A DNA stretch of 64,000 bases, taken from the NCBI RefSeq assembly GCF_009914755.1, contig NC_060947.1; one strand, 5' to 3'. Source of the DNA: the human T2T-CHM13v2.0 reference genome, Homo sapiens. The notes beneath the pieces are model-generated. The model made no database searches and was not told where the DNA came from. It saw nothing but the letters and a program-made list of their open reading frames with translations. Both the position numbers and the translations under genes were made by a program. This document shows, in pieces, positions 23,001 to 37,600 of this stretch. How positions within the stretch are numbered: the stretch's first letter is position 1; each line of letters begins with the position of its first letter.

Positions 23001-26000
23001 GGAAGGTTCAACTCTGTGAGTTGAATACAAACATCACAAAGAATGTTCTGAGTTTGCTTCCGTTCAGTTATGGGAAGTTGATCTCGTTTCCAACGAAATC
23101 CTCAGAGAGGTCCAAATATCCCCTTGCAGATTCTACAAAACGTGTGTTTGGAAACTGCTCCATCATAACGAATGTTCAGCTCCCTGAGTTAAACTCCATC
23201 GTCACAAAGAATTTTCTGAGAGTGCTACCGTCTGGTTTTTATATGAAGCTCTTTCCTTCACTACCACAGGCCTCAAAGCGGTCCAAATCTCCACTTGCAG
23301 ATTCTACAAAAAGAGTGTTTGCAAACTGCTCTATCAAAAGGAATGTTCAACTCTGGGAGTTGAATGCAATCATCACAGAGCAGTTTCTGAGAATGCTTCT
23401 ATGTCGTTTTTAGGAGAAGATATTTCCTTTTCCAACACAGTCCTCCAAGCCCGCTAAATAGCCACTTGCACATTGTAGAAAAAGTGTGTCAAAGCTGCGC
23501 TATCAAAGGGAAAGTTCAACTCTGTGAGGTGAATGCAAACATCCCAAAGAAGTTTCTGAGAATGCTTCCGTTTAGCTTTTAGGTGAAGATTATCCCGTTT
23601 CCAACGAAACCTTCAAAGAGGTCCAAATATCCCCTTGCGGATCCCACAGAAAGAGTGTTTCGAAACTGCTGTTTCAAAAGGAATCTTCAACTCTGTGAGT
23701 TGAATGCAATCATCACAAAGAAGTTTCTGACAATGCTTCTCTCTCGTCTTTCTGTGAAGATAAAGGAAAAGGCTTTCAGGCCTTTTCCACCACAGGCCTG
23801 AAAGCGCTCCAAATGTCCACTTGCAGATTCTGCGAAAAGAATATTTCAAAACTGCTCTATGAAAAGCAATGTTAAACTCTGTGGCTCGAACACAAACATC
23901 ACAAAGCGGTTTCTGAGAATGCTTCAGTTTAGTTTTTCTGTGGAAATATTCCCGTTTCCAAAGAAATCTTCAAAGAGGTCCACGTATCCACTTACAGATT
24001 CTACAAAAAGACAGTTTCAAAACTGCTCCATCAAAAGGAGGGTTCAACTGTGTGACTTGAATGCAATCATCACTCAGAAGTTTCTGAGAATGCTTCTCTT
24101 TAGTTTTTACGTGAACATATACCCGTTTCGAACGAAGGCCACCCAGTGGTCCAAATATCCACTTGCAGATTATACAGAAAGAGTGTTTCGAACCTGAACT
24201 CTCAAAGGCAGGTTCATCTCTGCGAGTTAAATGCATTCATCATGAAGAACTTTCTCAGAGTGTTTGTGTTTAGTTATGGGAAATTATTCCCGTTTCCAAC
24301 GAAATCCTCAGAGAGCTCCAAATATCCACCTGCAGATTCTACCAAAAGTGTATTTGGAAACTGCTCCATCAAAAGGCATGTTCAGCTCTGTGAGTGAAAC
24401 TCCATCATCACAAAGAATATTCTGAGAATGCTTCCGTTTGCCTTTTATATGAAGTTCCTTCCTGTACTACCGTAGGCCTCAAAGCAGTCCAAATCTCCAT
24501 TTGCAGATTCTACAAAAAGAGTGATTCCAATCTGCTGTATCAATAGGATTGTTCAACTCCATGAGTTGAATGCCATCCTCACAAAGTAGTTTCTGAGAAT
24601 GCTTCTATCTGGTTTTTGTGTGAAGATATTTCCTTTTCCACCACAGGCCTCAAAGCCCTCCAAACGTCCACTTGCAGATTCTCGAAAAAGAGTGTTTCAT
24701 AGCTGCTCTTTCAAAAGGAAAGTTCAACTCTGGGAGTTGAATACAAACATCACAAAATAGTTTCTGAGAATGCTTCTGTTTAGTTTTTATATGAAGATGA
24801 TCCCGTTTCCAGTGAAATCTTCAAAGAGGTCCACATATCCCCTTGCAGATTCCAAAGAAAGAGGGTTTCAAAACTGCTCCATCAGAAGGATTGTTCAACT
24901 CTGTGAGTTGAATGCAGTCATCGCAGAAAACTTTCTGAGAATGCTTCTGTCTAGGTTTGATGTGAAGATATAGACGTTTCAAACGAAGGCTACAAAGTGG
25001 TCAAAATATACACTTGCAGATTCTACTACAAGGGTGTTGCAAACCTGAACTATCAAAGGAAGGTTCAACTCTGTGAGTTGAATACAAACATCACAAAGAA
25101 TGTTCTGAGTTTGCTTCCGTTCAGTTATGGGAAGTTGATCCCGTTTCCAACGAAATACTCAGAGAGGTCCAAATATCCCCTCGCAGATTCTACAAAACGT
25201 GTGTTTGGAAACTGCTCCATCATAACGAATGTTCAGCTCCCTGAGTTAAACTCCATCGTCACAAAGAATTTTCTGAGAGTGCTACCGTCTGGTTTTTATA
25301 TGAAGTTCTTTCCTTCACTATCACAGGCCTCAAAGCGGTCCAAATCTCCACTTGCAGATTCTACAAAAAGAGTGTTTGCAAACTGCTCTATCAAAAGGAA
25401 TGTTCAACTCTGGGAGTTGAATGCAATCATCACAGAGCAGTTTCTGAGAATGCTTCTATGTCGTTTTTAGGAGAAGATATTTCCTTTTCCAACACAGTCC
25501 TCCAAGCCCGCTAAATAGCCACTTGCACATTGTAGAAAAAGTGTGTCAAAGCTGCGCTATCAAAGGGAAAGTTCAACTCTGTGAGGTGAATGCAAACATC
25601 CCAAAGAAGTTTCTGAGAATGCTTCCGTTTAGCTTTTAGGTGAAGATTATCCCGTTTCCAACGAAACCTTCAAAGAGGTCCAAATATCCCCTTGCGGATC
25701 CCACAGAAAGAGTGTTTCGAAACTGCTGTTTCAAAAGGAATCTTCAACTCTGTGAGTTGAATGCAATCATCACAAAGAAGTTTCTGACAATGCTTCTCTC
25801 TCGTCTTTCTGTGAAGATAAAGGAAAAGGCTTTCAGGCCTTTTCCACCACAGGCCTGAAAGCGCTCCAAATGTCCACTTGCAGATTCTGCCAAAAGAATA
25901 TTTCAAAACTGCTCTATGAAAAGCAATGTTAAACTCTGTGGCTCGAACACAAACATCACAAAGCAGTTTCTGAGAATGCTTCAGTTTAGTTTTTCTGTGG

Positions 26001-28689
26001 AAATATTCCTGTTTCCAAAGAAATCTTCAAAGAGGTCCACGTATCCACTTACAGATTCTACAAAAAGACAGTTTCAAAACTGCTCCATCAAAAGGAGGGT
26101 TCAACTGTGTGACTTGAATGCAATCATCACTCAGAAGTTTCTGAGAATGCTTCTCTTTAGTTTTTACGTGAACATATACCCGTTTCGAACGAAGGCCAGC
26201 CAGTGGTCCAAATATCCACTTGCAGATTCTACAGAAAGAGTGTTTCGAACCTGAACTCTCAAAGGCAGGTTCATCTCTGCGAGTTAAATGCATTCATCAT
26301 GAAGAACTTTCTCAGAGTGTTTGTGTTTAGTTATGGGAAATTATTCCCGTTTCCAACGAAATCCTCAGAGAGGTCCAAATATCCACCTGCAGATTCTACC
26401 AAAAGTGTATTTGGAAACTGCTCCATCAAAAGGCATGTTCAGCTCTGTGAGTGAAACTCCATCATCACAAAGAATATTCTGAGAATGCTTCCGTTTGCCT
26501 TTTATATGAACTTCCTTCCTGTACTACCGTAGGCCTCAAAGCAGTCCAAATCTCCATTTGCAGATTCTACAAAAAGAGTGATTCCAATCTGCTCTATCAA
26601 TAGGATTGTTCAACTCCATGAGTTGAATGCCATCCTCACAAAGTAGTTTCTGAGAATGCTTCTATCTAGTTTTTATGTGAAGATATTTCCTTTTCCACCA
26701 CAGGCCTCAAAGCCCTCCAAACGTCCACTTGCAGATTCTCGAAAAAGAGTGTTTCATAGCTGCTCTTTCAAAAGGAAAGTTCAACTCTGGGAGTTGAATA
26801 CAAACATCTCAAACTAGTTTCCGAGAATGCTTCTGTTTAGTTTTTATGTGAAGATGATCCCGTTTCCAGTGAAATCTTCAAAGAGGTCCACATATCCCCT
26901 TGCAGATTCCAAAGAAAGAGGGTTTCAAAACTGCTCCATCAGAAGGATTGTTCAACTCTGTGAGTTGAATGCAGTCATCGCAGAAAACTTTCTGAGAATG
27001 CTTCTGTCTAGGTTTGATGTGAAGATATAGACGTTTCAAACGAAGGCTACAAAGTGGTCAAAATATACACTTGCAGATTCTACTACAAGGGTGTTGCAAA
27101 CCTGAACTATCAAAGGAAGGTTCAACTCTGTGAGTTGAATACAAACATCACAGAGAATGTTCTGAGTTTGCTTCCGTTCAGTTATGGGATGTTGATCCCG
27201 TTTCCAACGAAATCCTCAGAGAGGTCCAAATATCCCCTCGCAGATTCTACAAAACGTGTGTTTGGAAACTGCTCCATCATAACGAATGTTCAGCTCCCTG
27301 AGTTAAACTCCATCGTCACAAAGAATTTTCTGAGAGTGCTACCGTCTGGTTTTTATATGAAGTTCTTTCCTTCACTACCACAGGCCTCAAAGCGGTCCAA
27401 ATCTCCACTTGCAGATTCTACAAAAAGAGTGTTTGCAAACTGCTCTATCAAAAGGAATGTTCAACTCTGGGAGTTGAATGCAATCATCACAGAGCAGTTT
27501 CTGAGAATGCTTCTATGTCGTTTTTAGGAGAAGATATTTCCTTTTCCAACACAGTCCTCCAAGCCCGCTAAATAGCCACTTGCACATTGTAGAAAAAGTG
27601 TGTCAAAGCTGCGCTATCAAAGGGAAAGTTCAACTCTGTGAGGTGAATGCAAACATCCCAAAGAAGTTTCTGAGAATGCTTCCGTTTAGCTTTTAGGTGA
27701 AGATTATCCCGTTTCCAACGAAACCTTCAAAGAGGTCCAAATATCCCCTTGCGGATCCCACAGAAAGAGTGTTTCGAAACTGCTGTTTCAAAAGGAATCT
27801 TCAACTCTGTGAGTTGAATGCAATCATCACAAAGAAGTTTCTGACAATGCTTCTCTCTCGTCTTTCTGTGAAGATAAAGGAAAAGGCTTTCAGGCCTTTT
27901 CCACCACAGGCCTGAAAGCGCTCCAAATGTCCACTTGCAGATTCTGCCAAAAGAATATTTCAAAACTGCTCTATGAAAAGCAATGTTAAACTCTGTGGCT
28001 CGAACACAAACATCACAAAGCGGTTTCTGAGAATGCTTCAGTTTAGTTTTTCTGTGGAAATATTCCCGTTTCCAAAGAAATCTTCAAAGAGGTCCACGTA
28101 TCCACTTACAGATTCTACAAAAAGACAGTTTCAAAACTGCTCCATCAAAAGGAGGGTTCAACTGTGTGACTTGAATGCAATCATCACTCAGAAGTTTCTG
28201 AGAATGCTTCTCTTTAGTTTTTACGTGAACATATACCCGTTTCGAACGAAGGCCAGCCAGTGGTCCAAATATCCACTTGCAGATTCTACAGAAAGAGTGT
28301 TTCGAACCTGAACTCTCAAAGGCAGGTTCATCTCTGCGAGTTAAATGCATTCATCATGAAGAACTTTCTCAGCGTGTTTGTGTTTAGTTATGGGAAATTA
28401 TTCCCGTTTCCAACGAAATCCTCAAAGAGCTCCAAATATCCACCTGCAGATTCTACCAAAAGTGTATTTGGAAACTGCTCCATCAAAAGGCATGTTCAGC
28501 TCTGTGAGTGAAACTCCATCATCACAAAGAATATTCTGAGAATGCTTCCGTTTGCCTGTTATATGAAGTTCCTTCCTATACGACCGTAGGCCTCAAAGCA
28601 GTCCAAATCTCCATTTGCAGATTCTACAAAAAGAGTGATTCCAATCTGCTCTATCAATAGGATTGTTCAACTCCATGAGTTGAATGCCA

Positions 28690-31600
28690 TCTTCCAAAGT
28701 AGTTTCTGAGAATGCTTCTATCTAGTTTTTATGTGAAGATATTTCCTTTTCCACCACAGGCCTCAAAGCCCTCCAAACGTCCACTTGCAGATTCTCGAAA
28801 AAGAGTGTTTCATAGCTGCTCTTTCAAAAGGAAAGTTCAACTCTGGCAGTTGAATACAAACATCACAAAGTAGTTTCCGAGAATGCTTCTGTTTAGTTTT
28901 TATGTGAAGATGATCCCGTTTCCAGTGAAATCTTCAAAGAGGTCCACATATCCCCTTGCAGATTCCAAAGAAAGAGGGTTTCAAAACTGCTCCATCAGAA
29001 GGATTGTTCAACTCTGTGAGTTGAATGCAGTCATCGCAGAAAACTTTCTGAGAATGCTTCTGTCTAGGTTTGATGTGAAGATATAGACGTTTCAAACGAA
29101 GGCTACAAAGTGGTCAAAATATACACTTGCAGATTCTACTACAAGGGTGTTGCAAACCTGAACTATCAAAGGAAGGTTCAACTCTGTGAGTTGAATACAA
29201 ACATCACAAAGAATGTTCTGAGTTTGCTTCCGTTCAGTTATGGGAAGTTGATCCCGTTTCCAACGAAATCCTCAGAGAGGTCCAAATATCCCCTCGCAGA
29301 TTCTACAAAACATGTGTTTGGAAACTGCTCCATCATAACGAATGTTCAGCTCCCTGAGTTAAACTCCATCGTCACAAAGAATTTTCTGAGAGTGCTACCG
29401 TCTGGTTTTTATATGAAGTTCTTTCCTTCACTACCACAGGCCTCAAAGCGGTCCAAATCTCCACTTGCAGATTCTACAAAAAGAGTGTTTGCAAACTGCT
29501 CTATCAAAAGGAATGTTCAACTCTGGGAGTTGAATGCAATCATCACAGAGCAGTTTCTGAGAATGCTTCTATGTCGTTTTTAGAAGATATTTCCTTTTCC
29601 AACACAGTCCTCCAAGCCCGCTAAATAGCCACTTGCACATTGTAGAAAAAGTGTGTCAAAGCTGCGCTATCAAAGGGAAAGTTCAACTCTGTGAGGTGAA
29701 TGCAAACATCCCAAAGAAGTTTCTGAGAATGCTTCCGTTTAGCTTTTAGGTGAAGATTATCCCGTTTCCAACGAAACCTTCAAAGAGGTCCAAATATCCC
29801 CTTGCGGATCCCACAGAAAGAGTGTTTCGAAACTGCTGTTTCAAAAGGAATCTTCAACTCTGTGAGTTGAATGCAATCATCACAAAGAAGTTTCTGACAA
29901 TGCTTCTCTCTCGTCTTTCTGTGAAGATAAAGGAAAAGGCTTTCAGGCCTTTGCCACCACAGGCCTGAAAGCGCTCCAAATGTCCACTTGCAGATTCTGC
30001 CAAAAGAATATTTCAAAACTGCTCTATGAAAAGCAATGTTAAACTCTGTGGCTCGAACACAAACATCACAAAGCGGTTTCTGAGAATGCTTCAGTTTAGT
30101 TTTTCTGTGGAAATATTCCCGTTTCCAAAGAAATCTTCAAAGAGGTCCACGTATCCACTTACAGATTCTACAAAAGGACAGTTTCAAAACTGCTCCATCA
30201 AAAGGAGGGTTCAACTGTGTGACTTGAATGCAATCATCACTCAGAAGTTTCTGAGAATGCTTCTCTTTAGTTTTTACGTGAACATATACCCGTTTCGAAC
30301 GAAGGCCAGCCAGTGGTCCAAATATCCACTTGCAGATTCTACAGAAAGAGTGTTTCGAACCTGAACTCTCAAAGGCAGGTTCATCTCTGCGAGTTAAATG
30401 CATTCATCATGAAGAACTTTCTCAGCGTGTTTGTGTTTAGTTATGGGAAATTATTCCCGTTTCCAACGAAATCCTCAGAGAGCTCCAAATATCCACCTGC
30501 AGATTCTACCAAAAGTGTATTTGGAAACTGCTCCATCAAAAGGCATGTTCAGCTCTGTGAGTGAAACTCCATCATCACAAAGAATATTCTGAGAATGCTT
30601 CCGTTTGCCTGTTATATGAAGTTCCTTCCTATACGACCGTAGGCCTCAAAGCAGTCCAAATCTCCATTTGCAGATTCTACAAAAAGAGTGATTCCAATCT
30701 GCTCTATCAATAGGATTGTTCAACTCCATGAGTTGAATGCCATCTTCCAAAGTAGTTTCTGAGAATGCTTCTATCTAGTTTTTATGTGAAGATATTTCCT
30801 TTTCCACCACAGGCCTCAAAGCCCTCCAAACGTCCACTTGCAGATTCTCGAAAAAGAGTGTTTCATAGCTGCTCTTTCAAAAGGAAAGTTCAACTCTGGC
30901 AGTTGAATACAAACATCACAAAGTAGTTTCCGAGAATGCTTCTGTTTAGTTTTTATGTGAAGATGATCCCGTTTCCAGTGAAATCTTCAAAGAGGTCCAC
31001 ATATCCCCTTGCAGATTCCAAAGAAAGAGGGTTTCAAAACTGCTCCATCAGAAGGATTGTTCAACTCTGTGAGTTGAATGCAGTCATCGCAGAAAACTTT
31101 CTGAGAATGCTTCTGTCTAGGTTTGATGTGAAGATATAGACGTTTCAAACGAAGGCTACAAAGTGGTCAAAATATACACTTGCAGATTCTACTACAAGGG
31201 TGTTGCAAACCTGAACTATCAAAGGAAGGTTCAACTCTGTGAGTTGAATACAAACATCACAAAGAATGTTCTGAGTTTGCTTCCGTTCAGTTATGGGAAG
31301 TTGATCCCGTTTCCAACGAAATCCTCAGAGAGGTCCAAATATCCCCTCGCAGATTCTACAAAACATGTGTTTGGAAACTGCTCCATCATAACGAATGTTC
31401 AGCTCCCTGAGTTAAACTCCATCGTCACAAAGAATTTTCTGAGAGTGCTACCGTCTGGTTTTTATATGAAGTTCTTTCCTTCACTACCACAGGCCTCAAA
31501 GCGGTCCAAATCTCCACTTGCAGATTCTACAAAAAGAGTGTTTGCAAACTGCTCTATCAAAAGGAATGTTCAACTCTGGGAGTTGAATGCAATCATCACA

Positions 31601-34600
31601 GAGCAGTTTCTGAGAATGCTTCTATGTCGTTTTTAGAAGATATTTCCTTTTCCAACACAGTCCTCCAAGCCCGCTAAATAGCCACTTGCACATTGTAGAA
31701 AAAGTGTGTCAAAGCTGCGCTATCAAAGGGAAAGTTCAACTCTGTGAGGTGAATGCAAACATCCCAAAGAAGTTTCTGAGAATGCTTCCGTTTAGCTTTT
31801 AGGTGAAGATTATCCCGTTTCCAACGAAACCTTCAAAGAGGTCCAAATATCCCCTTGCGGATCCCACAGAAAGAGTGTTTCGAAACTGCTGTTTCAAAAG
31901 GAATCTTCAACTCTGTGAGTTGAATGCAATCATCACAAAGAAGTTTCTGACAATGCTTCTCTCTCGTCTTTCTGTGAAGATAAAGGAAAAGGCTTTCAGG
32001 CCTTTGCCACCACAGGCCTGAAAGCGCTCCAAATGTCCACTTGCAGATTCTGCCAAAAGAATATTTCAAAACTGCTCTATGAAAAGCAATGTTAAACTCT
32101 GTGGCTCGAACACAAACATCACAAAGCGGTTTCTGAGAATGCTTCAGTTTAGTTTTTCTGTGGAAATATTCCCGTTTCCAAAGAAATCTTCAAAGAGGTC
32201 CACGTATCCACTTACAGATTCTACAAAAGGACAGTTTCAAAACTGCTCCATCAAAAGGAGGGTTCAACTGTGTGACTTGAATGCAATCATCACTCAGAAG
32301 TTTCTGAGAATGCTTCTCTTTAGTTTTTACGTGAACATATACCCGTTTCGAACGAAGGCCAGCCAGTGGTCCAAATATCCACTTGCAGATTCTACAGAAA
32401 GAGTGTTTCGAACCTGAACTCTCAAAGGCAGGTTCATCTCTGCGAGTTAAATGCATTCATCATGAAGAACTTTCTCAGCGTGTTTGTGTTTAGTTATGGG
32501 AAATTATTCCCGTTTCCAACGAAATCCTCAGAGAGCTCCAAATATCCACCTGCAGATTCTACCAAAAGTGTATTTGGAAACTGCTCCATCAAAAGGCATG
32601 TTCAGCTCTGTGAGTGAAACTCCATCATCACAAAGAATATTCTGAGAATGCTTCCGTTTGCCTTTTATATGAAGTTCCTTCCTATACGACCGTAGGCCTC
32701 AAAGCAGTCCAAATCTCCATTTGCAGATTCTACAAAAAGAGTGATTCCAATCTGCTCTATCAATAGGATTGTTCAACTCCATGAGTTGAATGCCATCCTC
32801 ACAAAGTCGTTTCTGAGAATGCTTCTATCTAGTTTTTATGTGAAGATATTTCCTTTTCCACCACAGGCCTCAAAGCCCTCCAAACGTCCACTTGCAGATT
32901 CTCGAAAAAGAGTGTTTCATAGCTGCTCTTTAAAAAGGAAAGTTCAACTCTGGGAGTTGAATACAAACATCACAAAGTAGTTTCCGAGAATGCTTCTGTT
33001 TAGTTTTTATGTGAAGATGATCCCGTTTCCAGTGAAATCTTCAAAGAGGTCCACATATCCCCTTGCAGATTCCAAAGAAAGAGGGTTTCAAAACTGCTCC
33101 ATCAGAAGGATTGTTCAACTCTGTGAGTTGAATGCAGTCATCGCAGAAAACTTTCTGAGAATGCTTCTGTCTAGGTTTGATGTGAAGATATAGACGTTTC
33201 AAACGAAGGCTACAAAGTGGTCAAAATATACACTTGCAGATTCTACTACAAGGGTGTTGCAAACCTGAACTATCAAAGGAAGGTTCAACTCTGTGAGTTG
33301 AATACAAACATCACAAAGAATGTTCTGAGTTTGCTTCCGTTCAGTTATGGGAAGTTGATCCCGTTTCCAACGAAATCCTCAGAGAGGTCCAAATATCCCC
33401 TTGCAGATTCTACAAAACGTGTGTTTGGAAACTGCTCCATCATAACGAATGTTCAGCTCCCTGAGTTAAACTCCATCGTCACAAAGAATTTTCTGAGAGT
33501 GCTACCGTCTGGTTTTTATATGAAGTTCTTTCCTTCACTACCACAGGCCTCAAAGCGGTCCAAATCTCCACTTGCAGATTCTACAAAAAGAGTGTTTGCA
33601 AACTGCTCTATCAAAAGGAATGTTCAACTCTGGGAGTTGAATGCAATCATCACAGAGCAGTTTCTGAGAATGCTTCTATGTCGTTTTTAGAAGATATTTC
33701 CTTTTCCAACACAGTCCTCCAAGCCCGCTAAATAGCCACTTGCACATTGTAGAAAAAGTGTGTCAAAGCTGCGCTATCAAAGGGAAAGTTCAACTCTGTG
33801 AGGTGAATGCAAACATCCCAAAGAAGTTTCTGAGAATGCTTCCGTTTAGCTTTTAGGTGAAGATTATCCCGTTTCCAACGAAACCTTCAAAGAGGTCCAA
33901 ATATCCCCTTGCGGATCCCACAGAAAGAGTGTTTCGAAACTGCTGTTTCAAAAGGAATCTTCAACTCTGTGAGTTGAATGCAATCATCACAAAGAAGTTT
34001 CTGACAATGCTTCTCTCTCGTCTTTCTGTGAAGATAAAGGAAAAGGCTTTCAGGCCTTTGCCACCACAGGCCTGAAAGCGCTCCAAATGTCCACTTGCAG
34101 ATTCTGCCAAAAGAATATTTCAAAACTGCTCTATGAAAAGCAATGTTAAACTCTGTGGCTCGAACACAAACATCACAAAGCGGTTTCTGAGAATGCTTCA
34201 GTTTAGTTTTTCTGTGGAAATATTCCCGTTTCCAAAGAAATCTTCAAAGAGGTCCACGTATCCACTTACAGATTCTACAAAAAGACAGTTTCAAAACTGC
34301 TCCATCAAAAGGAGTGTTCAACCGTGTGACTTGAATGCAATCATCACTCAGAAGTATCTGAGAATGCTTCTCTTTAGTTTTTACGTGAACATATACCCGT
34401 TTCGAACGAAGGCCACCCAGTGGTCCAAATATCCACTTGCAGATTATACAGAAAGAGTGTTTCGAACCTGAACTCTCAAAGGCAGGTTCATCTCTGCGAG
34501 TTAAATGCATTCATCATGAAGAACTTTCTCAGAGTGTTTGTGTTTAGTTATGGGAAATTATTCCCGTTTCCAACGAAATCCTCAGAGAGCTCCAAATATC

Positions 34601-37600
34601 CACCTGCAGATTCTACCAAAAGTGTATTTGGAAACTGCTCCATCAAAAGGCATGTTCAGCTCTGTGAGTGAAACTCCATCATCACAAAGAATATTCTGAG
34701 AATGCTTCCGTTTGCCTTTTATATGAAGTTCCTTCCTGTACTACCGTAGGCCTCAAAGCAGTCCAAATCTCCATTTGCAGATTCTATAAAAAGAGTGATT
34801 CCAATCTGCTCTATCAATAGGATTGTTCAACTCCATGAGTTGAATGCCATCCTCACAAAGTAGTTTCTGAGAATGCTTCTATCTGGTTTTTGTGTGAAGA
34901 TATTTCCTTTTCCACCACAGGCCTCAAAGCCCTCCAAACGTCCACTTGCAGATTCTCGAAAAAGAGTGTTTCATAGCTGCTCTTTCAAAAGGAAAGTTCA
35001 ACTCTGGGAGTTGAATACAAACATCACAAAGTAGTTTCCGAGAATGCTTCTGTTTAGTTTTTATGTGAAGATGATCGATCCCGTTTCCAGTGAAATCTTC
35101 AAAGAGGTCCACATATCCCCTTGCAGATTCCAAAGAAAGAGGGTTTCAAAACTGCTCCATCAGAAGGATTGTTCAACTCTGTGAGTTGAATGCAGTCATC
35201 GCAGAAAACTTTCTGAGAATGCTTCTGTCTAGGTTTGATGTGAAGATATAGACGTTTCAAACGAAGGCTACAAAGTGGTCAAAATATACACTTGCAGATT
35301 CTACTACAAGGGTGTTGCAAACCTGAACTATCAAAGGAAGGTTCAACTCTGTGAGTTGAATACAAACATCACAGAGAATGTTCTGAGTTTGCTTCCGTTC
35401 AGTTATGGGAAGTTGATCCCGTTTCCAACGAAATCCTCAGAGAGGTCCAAATATCCCCTCGCAGATTCTACAAAACGTGTGTTTGGAAACTGCTCCATCA
35501 TAACGAATGTTCAGCTCCCTGAGTTAAACTCCATCGTCACAAAGAATTTTCTGAGAGTGCTACCGTCTGGTTTTTATATGAAGTTCTTTCCTTCACTACC
35601 ACAGGCCTCAAAGCGGTCCAAATCTCCACTTGCAGATTCTACAAAAAGAGTGTTTGCAAACTGCTCTATCAAAAGGAATGTTCAACTCTGGGAGTTGAAT
35701 GCAATCATCACAGAGCAGTTTCTGAGAATGCTTCTATGTCGTTTTTAGAAGATATTTCCTTTTCCAACACAGTCCTCCAAGCCCGCTAAATAGCCACTTG
35801 CACATTGTAGAAAAAGTGTGTCAAAGCTGCGCTATCAAAGGGAAAGTTCAACTCTGTGAGGTGAATGCAAACATCCCAAAGAAGTTTCTGAGAATGCTTC
35901 CGTTTAGCTTTTAGGTGAAGATTATCCCGTTTCCAACGAAACCTTCAAAGAGGTCCAAATATCCCCTTGCGGATCCCACAGAAAGAGTGTTTCGAAACTG
36001 CTGTTTCAAAAGGAATCTTCAACTCTGTGAGTTGAATGCAATCATCACAAAGAAGTTTCTGACAATGCTTCTCTCTCGTCTTTCTGTGAAGATAAAGGAA
36101 AAGGCTTTCAGGCCTTTGCCACCACAGGCCTGAAAGCGCTCCAAATGTCCACTTGCAGATTCTGCCAAAAGAATATTTCAAAACTGCTCTATGAAAAGCA
36201 ATGTTAAACTCTGCGGCTCGAACACAAACATCACAAAGCGGTTTCTGAGAATGCTTCAGTTTAGTTTTTCTGTGGAAATATTCCCGTTTCCAAAGAAATC
36301 TTCAAAGAGGTCCACGTATCCACTTACAGATTCTACAAAAAGACAGTTTCAAAACTGCTCCATCAAAAGGAGGGTTCAACTGTGTGACTTGAATGCAATC
36401 ATCACTCAGAAGTTTCTGAGAATGCTTCTCTTTAGTTTTTACGTGAACATATACCCGTTTCGAACGAAGGCCAGCCAGTGGTCCAAATATCCACTTGCAG
36501 ATTCTACAGAAAGAGTGTTTCGAACCTGAACTCTCAAAGGCAGGTTCATCTCTGCGAGTTAAATGCATTCATCATGAAGAACTTTCTCAGCGTGTTTGTG
36601 TTTAGTTATGGGAAATTATTCCCGTTTCCAACGAAATCCTCAAAGAGCTCCAAATATCCACCTGCAGATTCTACCAAAAGTGTATTTGGAAACTGCTCCA
36701 TCAAAAGGCATGTTCAGCTCTGTGAGTGAAACTCCATCATCACAAAGAATATTCTGAGAATGCTTCCGTTTGCCTGTTATATGAAGTTCCTTCCTATACG
36801 ACCGTAGGCCTCAAAGCAGTCCAAATCTCCATTTGCAGATTCTACAAAAAGAGTGATTCCAATCTGCTCTATCAATAGGATTGTTCAACTCCATGAGTTG
36901 AATGCCATCCTCACAAAGTCGTTTCTGAGAATGCTTCTATCTAGTTTTTATGTGAAGATATTTCCTTTTCCACCACAGGCCTCAAAGCCCTCCAAACGTC
37001 CACTTGCAGATTCTCGAAAAAGAGTGTTTCATAGCTGCTCTTTCAAAAGGAAAGTTCAACTCTGGGAGTTGAATACAAACATCACAAAGTAGTTTCCGAG
37101 AATGCTTCTGTTTAGTTTTTATGTGAAGATGATCCCGTTTCCAGTGAAATCTTCAAAGAGGTCCACATATCCCCTTGCAGATTCCAAAGAAAGAGGGTTT
37201 CAAAACTGCTCCATCAGAAGGATTGTTCAACTCTGTGAGTTGAATGCAGTCATCGCAGAAAACTTTCTGAGAATGCTTCTGTCTAGGTTTGATGTGAAGA
37301 TATAGACGTTTCAAACGAAGGCTACAAAGTGGTCAAAATATACACTTGCAGATTCTACTACAAGGGTGTTGCAAACCTGAACTATCAAAGGAAGGTTCAA
37401 CTCTGTGAGTTGAATACAAACATCACAAAGAATGTCCTGAGTTTGCTTCCGTTCAGTTATGGGAAGTTGATCCCGTTTCCAACGAAATCCTCAGAGAGGT
37501 CCAAATATCCCCTCGCAGATTCTACAAAACGTGTGTTTGGAAACTGCTCCATCATAACGAATGTTCAGCTCACTGAGTTAAACTCCATCGTCACAAAGAA

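Noticed and set aside
34924-35133. New 69-aa minus-strand ORF appearing only in five units
   Set aside because: It is a by-product of the 4-bp GATC frameshift and marks that variant, not a gene.
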